Counted from the first letter of the stretch, positions 9,762-21,224 are shown. The stretch is DNA of 64,000 nucleotides from an uncultured Chloroflexia bacterium (GCA_963746845.1 CAVVCZ010000005.1:288001-352000), one strand, 5' to 3'. Notes: a model not told the origin generated them from the letters alone. Numbers and translations: made by a program.

Positions 9762-11054
9762 GTGAAGATCCGGCAATCCCTGGCCGCGGCGGCAAGCCTC
9801 GGCATCGTCCTCGCCGCCTGTTCGGGCGGCGCCACCCCATCGCCCGCTGCACCGAGCGCCGCGGCACCCAGCGCCGCCGCGCCGAGCGCGGTGGCCCCGA
9901 GCGGGGTTGCGCCCTCGGCGGCAGCACCGAGCGTCGCCCTGCCGACCGCGATCGGGCCCGGCGAGGGCGAGCTCGACATCGTCATCTGGGGCGGATACGC
10001 CGAGGACGGATCGAACGTCAAGGAATACGACTGGGTCAATCCGTTCATCGCCGCCAACCCGGACTGCGGCAAGGTCAACGCGAAGCCGGCCGACACCTCC
10101 GACGCGATGGTCCAGCTGATGAAGGACGGCGGCGGCGGCCAGTGGGACGGCGTGTCGGCGTCCGGCGACGCGACGCTGACGTTGATCAACCGAGGCGATG
10201 TCAGCCCGGTCAATGTCGATCTGATCCCGGACTTCAAGGACATCAGCCCCTTCCTCCAGTCGCCCGCCCACAACACCATCAACGGCATCCACTACGGCGT
10301 GTCGCACGGCTGGGGCGGAAACACGCTGATGTGGCGGACCGACATCGTGAAGCCCGAACCGACGAGCTGGGACGCGGTGTTCGACCCGGCCAAGATGGAG
10401 CCGTACAAGGGCAAGGTGACCGCCTATGACGGGTCGATCTATGTCGCGGACGCGGCCCTCTATCTGAAGGCGAAGAACCCCGCGCTCGGGATCACCGATC
10501 CGTACGAGCTCACCCAGGACCAGTTCAACGCGGCGATCGACGCGCTGAAGACCCAGCACCAGTACATCGGCAAGTACTGGGCCGGTTATGCGGACGAGAT
10601 CGACAACTTCACGAGCGGCGCGACGGTGGTCGGGACGACCTGGCCATACCAGACCACCACCTTGAACGGGGCGAAGGTGCCCGTGAAGGCGATCGTGCCG
10701 ACCGAGGGGATGACCGGCTGGGCCGACACGTGGATGCTGGCCTCGAAGGCGAAGCACCCGAACTGCATGTACAAGTGGATGGCCTGGATCGTCACTCCCC
10801 ACGTGCAGACGATGATCGCCGAGTCGTACGGCGAGGCTCCGGCCAACCCGAAGGCATGCACGGAGCTCGACAAGGGCTTCGGCCCGTATGCCGTGCCGAA
10901 CTTCTGCACGGTCTATGGCGTGAACGACGAGAAGTTCTACAGCTCGATCAGCTTCTGGAAGACACCCCTCGCGGACTGCGGCGACAGCCGCGGCCAGACC
11001 TGCGTCCCCTATGACCAGTGGGTGACGCAGTACCAGGGCGTCAAGGCCGGCTAG
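9762..11054 (+). CDS. Polyamine ABC transporter substrate-binding lipoprotein
   Basis: Lipobox LAAC, PSAAA linker repeats, IWGGYAE, EGMTGWADTW; GGAGGAG RBS. Confidence 0.9.
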   Translation: MKIRQSLAAAASLGIVLAACSGGATPSPAAPSAAAPSAAAPSAVAPSGVAPSAAAPSVALPTAIGPGEGELDIVIWGGYAEDGSNVKEYDWVNPFIAANPDCGKVNAKPADTSDAMVQLMKDGGGGQWDGVSASGDATLTLINRGDVSPVNVDLIPDFKDISPFLQSPAHNTINGIHYGVSHGWGGNTLMWRTDIVKPEPTSWDAVFDPAKMEPYKGKVTAYDGSIYVADAALYLKAKNPALGITDPYELTQDQFNAAIDALKTQHQYIGKYWAGYADEIDNFTSGATVVGTTWPYQTTTLNGAKVPVKAIVPTEGMTGWADTWMLASKAKHPNCMYKWMAWIVTPHVQTMIAESYGEAPANPKACTELDKGFGPYAVPNFCTVYGVNDEKFYSSISFWKTPLADCGDSRGQTCVPYDQWVTQYQGVKAG

Positions 11055-11106
11055 GCGGAGCGATCGCGGCCGCCCCCGATCGGCGGGCGGCCGCTCGCAC
11101 CTCCCC

Positions 11107-12045
11107 ATGACCGCGTCGAGCCCGACCGCGCCGCCACCATCGGCCGGCCCCGGAGTCGCTGCGATCCCGGCGGCGGCCGGGCGACGACGCCTGCTCATCG
11201 GGCTGTACCGGCGTCCGCGGATCGTCCTGGGCCTGCTCCTGACGCCGCCGGTCGGGTGGTTCGGTGTCGTCTATCTCGGCTCGCTGGCCCTGCTGCTCGT
11301 GTCGGCCTTCTGGACGTTCGACAGCGCCTCGGGCAAGGTCCTGCCCCAGTTCACGCTGGACAACTTCCGGCAGCTCCTCGAGCAGCCCGCCTTCCGGACC
11401 GTGACGCTCCGGACCGTCGGTTTCGCGATCGGCGTCACGATCGCGGACATGCTGATCGCCTTCCCGATCGCCTACTACATGGCGCGGGCGGCGGGTCCGC
11501 GGACGCGTTCTGTCCTGTTCATGCTCTGTCTGCTGCCCTTGGGGGCGAGCTATCTCGTTCGCGTCTTTGCCTGGCGCGTCATCCTCGCACCGAACGGTCC
11601 ACTCGACTGGTTCCTCGCCTTCTTCGGGCTCGGGCCGACCGGTCTGTATCCGTCCGATCTCGGCGCCGGCATCGTCCTCACCTACGTCTGGCTGCCGTAC
11701 ATGATCCTGCCGCTCTACGCGGGGCTCGAGCGAGTGCCGCACTCCCTGCTCGAAGCGAGCGCCGACCTTGGCGGCCGGGGCGTCATGACCTTCCGCCGCG
11801 TCACGTTTCCCCTCATCCTCCCGTCGCTGGTCGCGGGCTCGATCTTCACTTTCTCATTGACCCTCGGCGACTACATCACGCCGAGCCTGCTCTCGAAGAA
11901 CCAGTTCATCGGCAATGTGATCTTCGAGCAGCAGGGCGTCGCGGGGAACGTTCCGCTGGCGGCCGCCTACACCTTCGTCCCGATCGTGATCATGGGGATC
12001 TACCTCACCGTCGCCCGTCGGCTCGGCGCGTTCGAGGCGCTGTGA
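11107..12045 (+). CDS. Polyamine ABC permease (PotB-like)
   Basis: EAA motif LLEASADLGG, multiple TM segments. Confidence 0.92.
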   Translation: MTASSPTAPPPSAGPGVAAIPAAAGRRRLLIGLYRRPRIVLGLLLTPPVGWFGVVYLGSLALLLVSAFWTFDSASGKVLPQFTLDNFRQLLEQPAFRTVTLRTVGFAIGVTIADMLIAFPIAYYMARAAGPRTRSVLFMLCLLPLGASYLVRVFAWRVILAPNGPLDWFLAFFGLGPTGLYPSDLGAGIVLTYVWLPYMILPLYAGLERVPHSLLEASADLGGRGVMTFRRVTFPLILPSLVAGSIFTFSLTLGDYITPSLLSKNQFIGNVIFEQQGVAGNVPLAAAYTFVPIVIMGIYLTVARRLGAFEAL

Positions 12046-12833
12046 TGGGCCGCTGGCTGCTCCGGATCGCGACGGCGGGCGTCCTCGCCTTCCTGTACAT
12101 CCCGATCTTCATCATCGCCCTGTATGCGTTCAACGCCCAGCGGGTCCAGGTCTGGCCGATCAAGGAGTTCAGCACCGAGTGGTTCGCGGTCACGTTCCAG
12201 AACGAGTCCGTCCGCGCGGCGCTCCTGCTCTCGCTCGAGGTGGCGGTGCTCGCGAGCCTCGTGGCCGTGATCCTCGGGTCACTCACCGCGTTCGCGATCC
12301 ACCGGTTCCACTTCTTCGGCCGAACCTCGCTGAGCCTGCTGCTCGTCCTCCCGATCGCGCTGCCGGGCATCGTCACGGGCCTCGCGCTGAACGCGACCTT
12401 CCGGACGACGGGCATCGGGTTCTCGACCCTCACGATCGTCATCGGGCACGCCACGTTCTGCATCGTCGTCGTCTACAACAACGTGATCGCCCGTCTGCGG
12501 CGGACCTCACGGAACATCGAGGAGGCGTCCATGGATCTGGGCGCCGATAGCGCCCAGACGTTCCGCTACATCACGTTCCCGGTCGTGCGAACCGCTCTGT
12601 TCGCCGGGGCATTGCTGGCGTTCGCTCTGTCGTTCGACGAGATCGTCGTCACGACCTTCACCGCGGGCGCACAGGAAACCGTGCCGATCTGGATCTACGA
12701 TCGGATCCTTCATCAGCCGAACCAGCGGCCGCTGGTGAACGTCGTCGCGCTCGTGCTGATCCTGCTCTCGACGATCCCGGTCTACATCGCGTCGCGCCTG
12801 ACCACGGGGACGACCGCCGCCGGTCGCACCTGA
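12045..12833 (+). CDS. Polyamine ABC permease (PotC-like)
   Basis: IEEASMDLGA, FALSFDE; TGATG overlap with the previous gene. Confidence 0.92.
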   Translation: MGRWLLRIATAGVLAFLYIPIFIIALYAFNAQRVQVWPIKEFSTEWFAVTFQNESVRAALLLSLEVAVLASLVAVILGSLTAFAIHRFHFFGRTSLSLLLVLPIALPGIVTGLALNATFRTTGIGFSTLTIVIGHATFCIVVVYNNVIARLRRTSRNIEEASMDLGADSAQTFRYITFPVVRTALFAGALLAFALSFDEIVVTTFTAGAQETVPIWIYDRILHQPNQRPLVNVVALVLILLSTIPVYIASRLTTGTTAAGRT

Positions 12834-12845
12834 TCCGACGATGGG

Positions 12846-12947
12846 TCAGTGGCCCCAGCGCTGACCGGCCTCCGCGGCGAGGGCGATCGCGGCGACGATC
12901 GCGAGGGGCAGCGCGACCCGCGCGGCGGTGGTAATCCGGCTGAGCAT
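12846..12947 (-). CDS. Small hydrophobic 33-aa peptide MLSRITTAARVALPLAIVAAIALAAEAGQRWGH
   Basis: AGGAG RBS 8 nt upstream of ATG, GC3-rich codons, signal-peptide-like helix; below the ORF-track cutoff. Confidence 0.6.
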   Translation of the reverse strand: MLSRITTAARVALPLAIVAAIALAAEAGQRWGH

Positions 12948-13065
12948 CTCGATGACTCCTCCGGCCGAGGCCGGCCTTCCGGCGTCGAACCCCTTCGAGG
13001 AGTGCCCGGTCCAGGAACGCCATGGCCAGTCTGGCCGACGACGCTTATCCGGCGGTCACCGGTGC

Positions 13066-13236
13066 CTACATCGCGGGCTCGTACTCCGGGTCCAGGAACC
13101 GCTCCGGGTCGTCCCGGAACTCGAGGTAGCAGCCGCGGCCGCAGAACCAGTACGTGGTCCCATCGTGCTCGATCTTGAGGTCGGTCGTCGTGGTGTCGAC
13201 GTCCATCCCGCAGACCGGATCCTTCTCGATCGTCAT
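13066..13236 (-). CDS. YHS-domain protein (metal chaperone-like)
   Basis: KDPVCGMDV...TYWFCGRGC...FRDDPERF. Confidence 0.9.
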   Translation of the reverse strand: MTIEKDPVCGMDVDTTTTDLKIEHDGTTYWFCGRGCYLEFRDDPERFLDPEYEPAM

Positions 13237-13255
13237 GTGGACAACTCCCGCTGGG

Positions 13256-13270
13256 TACTCCCGGGGAGTA
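13256..13270. promoter_or_regulatory. Putative CsoR/RcnR-type operator
   Basis: Palindrome TACTCC-CGG-GGAGTA with C/G tracts, 20 nt upstream of the YHS gene. Confidence 0.6.
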
Positions 13271-13293
13271 TATCGGACAGGTACCATTCCGCC

Positions 13294-13632
13294 GTGCCCG
13301 AGCCCCGTTCCGCCGCCCGTGTCGCCCTGGTCGCCGAGCGTGACCGGCTGCGCGCCGAGGTGGCCGAGGGGATCGTCGCCCCGGGGCCGATGACCTACGG
13401 GTCGCAGGCGGCCGCCGCCAGCCAGGTCTTCGAGCAGCAGCGCGACCTCGCGTTGCGCGAGCGGAACGAGCACCAGCTCGTCGCCGTCGAGGCGGCCATC
13501 GAGCGGCTGGACGACGGGACGTACGGAACCTGCGCTCGGTGCGGAGGGCCGATCGCACCCGAGCGTCTCGAGGCCCTGCCATGGGCCGCCCACTGCATCG
13601 ACTGCCAGCGGATCGTGGGTCGCGGTGGCTGA
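13294..13632 (+). CDS. TraR/DksA C4-type zinc-finger protein
   Basis: GTYGTCARCGGPIAPERLEALPWAAHCIDCQ. Confidence 0.9.
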   Translation: MPEPRSAARVALVAERDRLRAEVAEGIVAPGPMTYGSQAAAASQVFEQQRDLALRERNEHQLVAVEAAIERLDDGTYGTCARCGGPIAPERLEALPWAAHCIDCQRIVGRGG

Positions 13633-14656
13633 GCTCGCAGCGCGGGCCGCCGGCGCAGCCACGGCGACGCACCCGCTCGTCACGATCGACGACGTCCGCG
13701 CGGCTGCGGCGACGCTCCGCGGGGTCGCGGCCCGAACGCCGCTCGTCCCGTTCGGGCCGCCGGCCGACCGACGCTTCCTGAAGGCCGAGTCGCTCCAGCC
13801 GATCGGCGCGTTCAAGATCCGCGGCGCCTATGTGGCGGTGGCATCGCTCTCGGTGGCGGAACGCGCGCGCGGCGTCATCACGTACTCCTCCGGCAATCAC
13901 GCCCAGGGTGTGGCCCGGGCGGCGCGGCTGCTCGGCGCTCCGGCCGTCGTCGTCATGCCATCCGACGCACCGGCCCTGAAGCGAGCCCGCGTGGAGGCCG
14001 ACGGCGCGGAGGTCGTCGTCGTCGGGCCGTCGAGCGACGAGCGGCGCGTCGTCGCCGAGCGGATCGCCGCCGAGCGCGGCCTCGTGATCATCCCGCCGTT
14101 CGACGACGACCGGATCATCGCCGGACAGGGCACCGTCGGGCTGGAGATCGCCGAGGACCTGCCGGACGTGGCGGCGGTCCTCGTGCCGATCGGCGGCGGC
14201 GGGCTGGCGAGCGGGATCGCCGTCGCGGTCAAGGCGCTCGTGCCGGGCGCGCGGGTGATCGGCGTCGAGCCCGAGCTGGCCGCCGACGCGCGGCAGTCGC
14301 TCCGCGAGGGCCGTGTGGTCCGCTGGGCGGCCGCCGACGTCTCGCGGACGATCGCCGACGGGACCCGGACGACCGCGATCGGCGAGCGCAACTTCGCCCA
14401 CCTGTCCGCGCTCCTCGACGACATCGTGACCGTCACGGAGGACGAGATCGCGGCGGCGGTGCGGCTCACCGCCGAGGAGAGTCGGCTCGTCGTGGAGCCG
14501 TCCGGCGCGCTCTCGGTCGCCGCCATGGCGTTCCACTCGGCCGAAGCCGGCCTGGCCGGCGTCGACGGCCCGGTCGTCGCGGTGATCTCGGGCGGCAACG
14601 TGGATCCCGAGCGTTACCGCGCCTTCCTCGAGGCGCCGATCCCGCCGCGCGGCTGA
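13625..14656 (+). CDS. Threonine/serine dehydratase (PLP)
   Basis: LKAESLQPIGAFKIRG, SSGNHAQG, GGGGL, VEPSGA, ISGGN. Confidence 0.93.
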   Translation: MAELAARAAGAATATHPLVTIDDVRAAAATLRGVAARTPLVPFGPPADRRFLKAESLQPIGAFKIRGAYVAVASLSVAERARGVITYSSGNHAQGVARAARLLGAPAVVVMPSDAPALKRARVEADGAEVVVVGPSSDERRVVAERIAAERGLVIIPPFDDDRIIAGQGTVGLEIAEDLPDVAAVLVPIGGGGLASGIAVAVKALVPGARVIGVEPELAADARQSLREGRVVRWAAADVSRTIADGTRTTAIGERNFAHLSALLDDIVTVTEDEIAAAVRLTAEESRLVVEPSGALSVAAMAFHSAEAGLAGVDGPVVAVISGGNVDPERYRAFLEAPIPPRG

Positions 14657-14671
14657 TGAGCGCGCCGAGCG

Positions 14672-15703
14672 CTAGGGGCGCGCCTCCCGCTCCGCCGCCA
14701 TCCGCTCCGCCAGCTGGGCCTCACGGACCCGGATCGCGGCCCGCTCCGTATCGACCCGCCGGTCGACCGCCGCCTCCTCCCGTTTCTCGTGGGCCATCCA
14801 GCCCGCGATGATCGCGGCCATCGCGGACAGGAAGAGGATGTCGCCGCAGATCCACATCAGCCCGCCGGCGAGCTGCTGGTCCTCGAGCGCCGTCGGTCCC
14901 CACGAGCGGGACAGCGTCGCGTAGTGCGTGTACAGCACGACCGCCGAGTTCAGGATCGTCACCGCGAGGAACGTGTTCTGGGGCATCTGCAGGAACACGT
15001 ACATCGCCCGGACCGGGTGGCTCATCCGCCACGGGCTCGGGTCGAGCCCGACGGCCGGCCACCAGAACAGCAGCCCGGCGACGAGGAACAGCAGGTGCTC
15101 GAGATCGTGGATCGCCGGGTTCTCGAGCGCCGCGTCGAACAGCGGCGAGAAGTGGGCCCACCACATGACCCCGGCGAACAGGAGCCACGTCACGACCGGG
15201 AACGTGATCGCCCGCATGACCCGCGAGTGGAGGATCGGGAGGATCACGCGCTGGCGGACGTTGGGGGTCGACACGCGGAGGAGCAGCGTGATCGGCGCAC
15301 CGAGGGCGATCAGCGGCGCGGCGACGAGCGTCAGCAGCAGGTGCTGGGCCATGTGGACCGAGAACAGCGTCGTGTCGTACTGGTCGATCCCGGACATCAG
15401 GGCGAACGCGATCGCGCCGAGCCCGGCCAGGAAGAACACGGATCGACGCCGCGGCACCGGGTTGGCCGGGTGGGCGCGGTTCACCTGGCGGACGAACCGG
15501 ATCCACACGACTGCGGCAACCCCGAGGGTCAGGACGACCGCGGGCTCGAGCGTCCAGCCGAACAGGATGATCGCCGCGCTGGGCGGCTCCGCGGGCACGG
15601 GACCGTGGGCACTCACCGTGCCGGCCGCGCCGGCCGCCGCCGCGACGCCGAGCACGACGGATCGACCGACGGAGCGGAGGGACGGACGGACGATTAGTGG
15701 CAT
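14672..15703 (-). CDS. ctaG: Cytochrome c oxidase assembly factor (Caa3_CtaG family)
   Basis: FSVHMAQHLLL, HDLEH, EDQQLAGGLMW; divergent from the cox operon. Confidence 0.88.
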   Translation of the reverse strand: MPLIVRPSLRSVGRSVVLGVAAAAGAAGTVSAHGPVPAEPPSAAIILFGWTLEPAVVLTLGVAAVVWIRFVRQVNRAHPANPVPRRRSVFFLAGLGAIAFALMSGIDQYDTTLFSVHMAQHLLLTLVAAPLIALGAPITLLLRVSTPNVRQRVILPILHSRVMRAITFPVVTWLLFAGVMWWAHFSPLFDAALENPAIHDLEHLLFLVAGLLFWWPAVGLDPSPWRMSHPVRAMYVFLQMPQNTFLAVTILNSAVVLYTHYATLSRSWGPTALEDQQLAGGLMWICGDILFLSAMAAIIAGWMAHEKREEAAVDRRVDTERAAIRVREAQLAERMAAEREARP

Positions 15704-15890
15704 CACCGTCATCGTCGCACGCGGTCCGGGAGGGCGCCGCGCCCGTCCATACGCGAAGGCCCATCCCGTTATCATGGCGATGGTCCGGCCGTAGGGGTCG
15801 GACACGGCCGTCCCCGGCCGACTCCGATCTCCACCAGGCGCCGGCTGCCCTCCACGGGTTCGGCGCGCCGACCGAGTTCGAGGACCGTCG

Positions 15891-17012
15891 ATGTCGACCA
15901 CCCCGAGTAGCAGGCCTTCGTCCACGGCGATCGTCGGCTGGCTCGTGGTCGCAGTCATCGGGCTCGCGCTGGCCGCCCTCGTGGTCCTCAACGCCTCCGC
16001 GATCTGGAACAGCTTCTTCCCGCCCGAGGCGAAGAGCGTCCAGGGCCAGGAGATCCGCAACCTCTACGACATCGTCTTCGGCATCGCCGTCGTGATCTTC
16101 GTCGTCGTCGAGGGCCTGATCGTCTGGTCCGTGATCCGTTACCGGCGCAGGCCGGGCGACAACGAGCTCCCGCCGCAGACCCACGGCAACAACCTCGCCG
16201 AGATCACCTGGACGCTGATCCCGACCGTCATCGTCATCTTCCTGTTCATCGTCTCGTGGCAGACGCTGAACAGCGTCGAGGCGGAGTCGTCGCAGCCGAA
16301 CCTGAAGGTCCGCGCGGTGGCCGGCCAGTTCCAGTGGACGTTCGAGTACCTCCCGGCCGACGCCCAGTCCGACACGAAGGCGCTCTTCACGATCACGACG
16401 CCCCAGGGACCGGACGGCGGGCTCACCTTGCCGGCCGGCCAGACGACCCACCTCTATCTCAAGAGCCCCGACGTCATCCACGCGTTCTACGTCCCGCAGT
16501 TCCTGTTCAAGCGGGACGTCGTGCCGGGCGTCACGAACCAGTTCGATCTCGACATCCCCGCGAGCTCCGCCGGCCAGACGTTCCGTGGCCAGTGCGCCGA
16601 GCTGTGCGGGATCGGTCACGCCGGCATGCTGTTCGACGTCCATGCGGTCACGCCGGCCGAGTTCGACGCGTTCATGCAGAAGCAGATCGCGGCCGCCAAC
16701 GCGACGCCGCCGCCGGCGCCGTCCGGGGGCGGTGGACCCTCGATCCCGATCACGGCCGAGGGCATCAAGTTCGACCAGGCGACGCTCACGGCGCCGGCGG
16801 CCGGGTTCACCATCCACTTCGACAACAAGGACGCGGGCACGCCGCACGACTTCGACATCCTCGACGCGTCGGGCAAGAAGGTCTTCGACAGCCAGCCCTT
16901 CCCCGGCGTGGCCGCGAAGGACGAACCCGTTCCCCCGCTGACGGCGGGGAGCTACAAGTTCGAGTGCTCCGTGCACCCGACCCTGATGTTCGGCACGCTC
17001 ACGGTCCAGTAG
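15891..17012 (+). CDS. coxB: Cytochrome c oxidase subunit II with C-terminal cupredoxin fusion
   Basis: DVIHAF and CuA motif CAELCGIGHAGM; extra domain PHDFDI...YKFECSVHPTLM. Confidence 0.95.
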   Translation: MSTTPSSRPSSTAIVGWLVVAVIGLALAALVVLNASAIWNSFFPPEAKSVQGQEIRNLYDIVFGIAVVIFVVVEGLIVWSVIRYRRRPGDNELPPQTHGNNLAEITWTLIPTVIVIFLFIVSWQTLNSVEAESSQPNLKVRAVAGQFQWTFEYLPADAQSDTKALFTITTPQGPDGGLTLPAGQTTHLYLKSPDVIHAFYVPQFLFKRDVVPGVTNQFDLDIPASSAGQTFRGQCAELCGIGHAGMLFDVHAVTPAEFDAFMQKQIAAANATPPPAPSGGGGPSIPITAEGIKFDQATLTAPAAGFTIHFDNKDAGTPHDFDILDASGKKVFDSQPFPGVAAKDEPVPPLTAGSYKFECSVHPTLMFGTLTVQ

Positions 17013-17020
17013 GGGAGCTC

Positions 17021-18651
<1,631 letters not shown>

Positions 18652-18652
<1 letters not shown>

Positions 18653-19311
18653 TGGCCGTCGACAGCTCCGCCCTGACCCCGGCGGGACACGCCGCGGTCG
18701 AGCACAGCCCGGTAGGTGCGCTGCCGCACGACGCGCGCGGCGGGATCAGCAACCCGATCCTCGGGATGATCCTGTTCATCTGCTCGGAGGTGATGTTCTT
18801 CTCCGGGCTGTTCGCCGCGTACTTCAGCGTGCGTGCGTCGACGACGCCGTGGCCCCCGGTCGTGCCCGGCGACCCGGAGCTGACCGAGGCCTTCAACCTC
18901 CACGCCGAGCCGTGGTTCGCGCTCGTCCTCACGATCGTCCTGGTCATCAGCTCGTTCACCTGCCAGATGGCCATCTGGGCGATCCGGCGCGACGACCATT
19001 CGGGCTTCGTCCGGGGGATCGGCGTCACGCTGGTGCTCGGCATCACCTTCCTGGTCGGCCAGGTCTACGACTACTCGCAGCTGGGTTTCGGGATCTCCGA
19101 CACCCCGTTCGGGACGACGTTCTACACCCTGACCGGCTTCCACGGCGCCCACGTCTTCGGCGGCGCGGTGATGCTCTCGGTGATCCTGTATCGCGGCCTC
19201 GCAGGGCAGTTCAGCTCACGCCACTACGACGCGGTCGAGGCGGTGTCGCTGTACTGGCACTTCGTCGACGTCGTGTGGATCGTTCTGTTCGCGACGCTCT
19301 ACATCCTGTAG
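18652..19311 (+). CDS. coxC: Cytochrome c oxidase subunit III
   Basis: SEVMFF, FYTLTGFHGAHV, YWHFVDVVW. Confidence 0.96.
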
Positions 19312-19324
19312 GCAGGGAGGCGCG

Positions 19325-19519
19325 ATGCATCCGCTCCGGCATCCCCGCAACGCCGCCTTCATCGGCATCATCTTCATCGTCATCGCCTTCTTCTACTGGG
19401 CGGTGCCGTACTTCGGCGGCTGGCACGTCGACTATGCCGGGGTCACGATGCTGCTCGTCCTCGGGATCGCGATGAGCCTGATGGCCTACGTCCTCGTCGC
19501 CGGCTCCTCGAACGACTAG
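19325..19519 (+). CDS. Small 2-TM protein, likely the N-terminal half of an actinobacterial-type oxidase subunit IV (CtaF-like)
   Basis: GGGAGG RBS; FFYW...DYAGVTML resembles the CtaF EWAGTTAL segment. Confidence 0.6.
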   Translation: MHPLRHPRNAAFIGIIFIVIAFFYWAVPYFGGWHVDYAGVTMLLVLGIAMSLMAYVLVAGSSND

Positions 19520-19555
19520 CGTCCGAGAGCCCGCGAGCCCCCCGACACCTCACTG

Positions 19556-20641
19556 ATGGAACTCCTCCAGAACATCTGGGACTCGATCCTCCAGCTGCTC
19601 TCCCAGTTCATCATCCCGGACTGGGGCTCGCTGATCATCCTGCTGCCCGTCTTCATCTTCGCCCTCGTCGTCGTCTTCTTCATCTGGGTCCTGCTGATGA
19701 CCCGGCGGACCGGTCCGCGCCGGCGGCGAGGTGGCCGGATCACGCCGAGGACGCCCGCCGGCCTCCACATGCCGGGCCCGACGTATGCCCCGTTCTTTGC
19801 GGCCTTCGGGGCCTTCATGCTGTTCCTCGGGCTGGTCTTCCCGGGCCCGCTCCTGCTCCTCGGAGTGGTGGCGCTCGTCCTGGCGCTCCTGTTCTGGGGC
19901 CGCGAGGGCCTGGCCGACTACGACCATGTGGCCGGCGACCATCCGGCGCTGCCGGCGGTCGTCCACGACGAGCCGCCCCCGGGCGTCCACGTGCCCGGCC
20001 CCACGTTCCGCCCGATCCTGGCCTCGATCGGGGTGTTCCTGCTGTTCCTGGGCCTCGTGTTCCCGGGCCCGATCCTCGCGGTCGGGCTGGCCTTCCTGGT
20101 CGTGGCCCTGCTCGGCTGGCTCAACGACGCCCGCAAGGAGTACCAGCGGACCGTCCGGGCCGACACGACGGGGCACCTGGAAAATGGCCCGGATCCCGCC
20201 TGGCCGGTGGCCACGGTCTGGATCTTCGGGGCGCTTGTGCTCGTCGCGGTCGTCGTCACCGCCGGCTGGTTCCCGTCGAAGTCCGCGGTCGGTGGGGAGG
20301 CGACCGGCTCGCCCGCGCCGGGCGGCTCCGGGGCGCCGCCCGGATCCGGCGGCCCACCGGGTGCGATCACGCTCGTCGCCCAGAACATCACGTTCAACAC
20401 GACGACCCTGTCGGCGACGACCGGCAAGCCGTTCCAGGTCGTGCTCGACAACAAGGACGCGGGCACGCCACACGACTTCGACATCCTCGATGCCGGCGGG
20501 ACGAAGGTCTTCGACGGCAAGGATTTTCCCGGCCCGGCCCAGATGACGTACAACGTCCCGGCGCTCGATTCCGGGACCTACAAGTTCGAGTGCTCGATCC
20601 ATCCCGCGCTGATGAACGGGCAGCTGAACGTCGGCGGCTGA
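19556..20641 (+). CDS. Membrane protein with duplicated subunit-IV-like TM hairpins and a C-terminal cupredoxin domain
   Basis: Two HxPGPT...LFLGLVFPGP repeats; PHDFDI...YKFECSIHPALM. Confidence 0.8.
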   Translation: MELLQNIWDSILQLLSQFIIPDWGSLIILLPVFIFALVVVFFIWVLLMTRRTGPRRRRGGRITPRTPAGLHMPGPTYAPFFAAFGAFMLFLGLVFPGPLLLLGVVALVLALLFWGREGLADYDHVAGDHPALPAVVHDEPPPGVHVPGPTFRPILASIGVFLLFLGLVFPGPILAVGLAFLVVALLGWLNDARKEYQRTVRADTTGHLENGPDPAWPVATVWIFGALVLVAVVVTAGWFPSKSAVGGEATGSPAPGGSGAPPGSGGPPGAITLVAQNITFNTTTLSATTGKPFQVVLDNKDAGTPHDFDILDAGGTKVFDGKDFPGPAQMTYNVPALDSGTYKFECSIHPALMNGQLNVGG

Positions 20642-20657
20642 GCCGGGCGGCGCGCGC

Positions 20658-21224
20658 GTGACCACCGAGACCCCGGGCGCGGTGCCCTCCCGCCGGCCCA
20701 CGCGTCGCATTGCCCTCCTCGTCGGGATCGCGGCGGTCACGACCGTGGCGATCGTCGCGCTCGTCGCCGTCACCCGGCCGGGGAGCGGCGCATCGGACAC
20801 GATCGCGAAGGGCTCGCCGGCGCCGAACATCCACGGGACGACTTTGGACGGCACGACCGCGGACCTCGCATCGCTGCGCGGCCACCCGGTCGTGATCAAC
20901 TTCTGGGCGTCGTGGTGCGGGCCGTGCAAGGATGAGATGCCGCTGCTGGCCCAGAAGGCCACCGCCCACGCGGACACCGGGCTCGAGATCCTCGGCGTCC
21001 TGTCCGACGACACCGCCGACAGCGGCCGGGCATTCGAGAAGCAGTACGGCGCGACCTGGCCGAGCGTCTTCGACGGCGACAGCGCGATCAAGACCGCCTA
21101 CCGGGTGATCGGGCGGCCGCAGAGCTACTTCGTCGATCGGAACGGCGTCCTGCAGTCGATCCAGGTGGGCTACCTGACCGACGCCGACTTCGAGCGTCAG
21201 TACGCGCTGATCTCCGGCTCGTGA
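20658..21224 (+). CDS. TlpA/ResA-like thiol-disulfide oxidoreductase
   Basis: TM anchor, INFWASWCGPC. Confidence 0.92.
   Translation: MTTETPGAVPSRRPTRRIALLVGIAAVTTVAIVALVAVTRPGSGASDTIAKGSPAPNIHGTTLDGTTADLASLRGHPVVINFWASWCGPCKDEMPLLAQKATAHADTGLEILGVLSDDTADSGRAFEKQYGATWPSVFDGDSAIKTAYRVIGRPQSYFVDRNGVLQSIQVGYLTDADFERQYALISGS

Noticed and set aside
9830-9935. PSAAA/PSVAA repeats in substrate-binding proteins (also modA near 43350-43430)
   Set aside because: Ordinary low-complexity lipoprotein linkers
12960-13030. GGGCAC...GAAG...GACGC upstream of the small peptide, reminiscent of a c-di-GMP-I riboswitch
   Set aside because: Lacks GCAAA, the GAAA tetraloop/receptor and P1 pairing; resemblance too weak without cmscan
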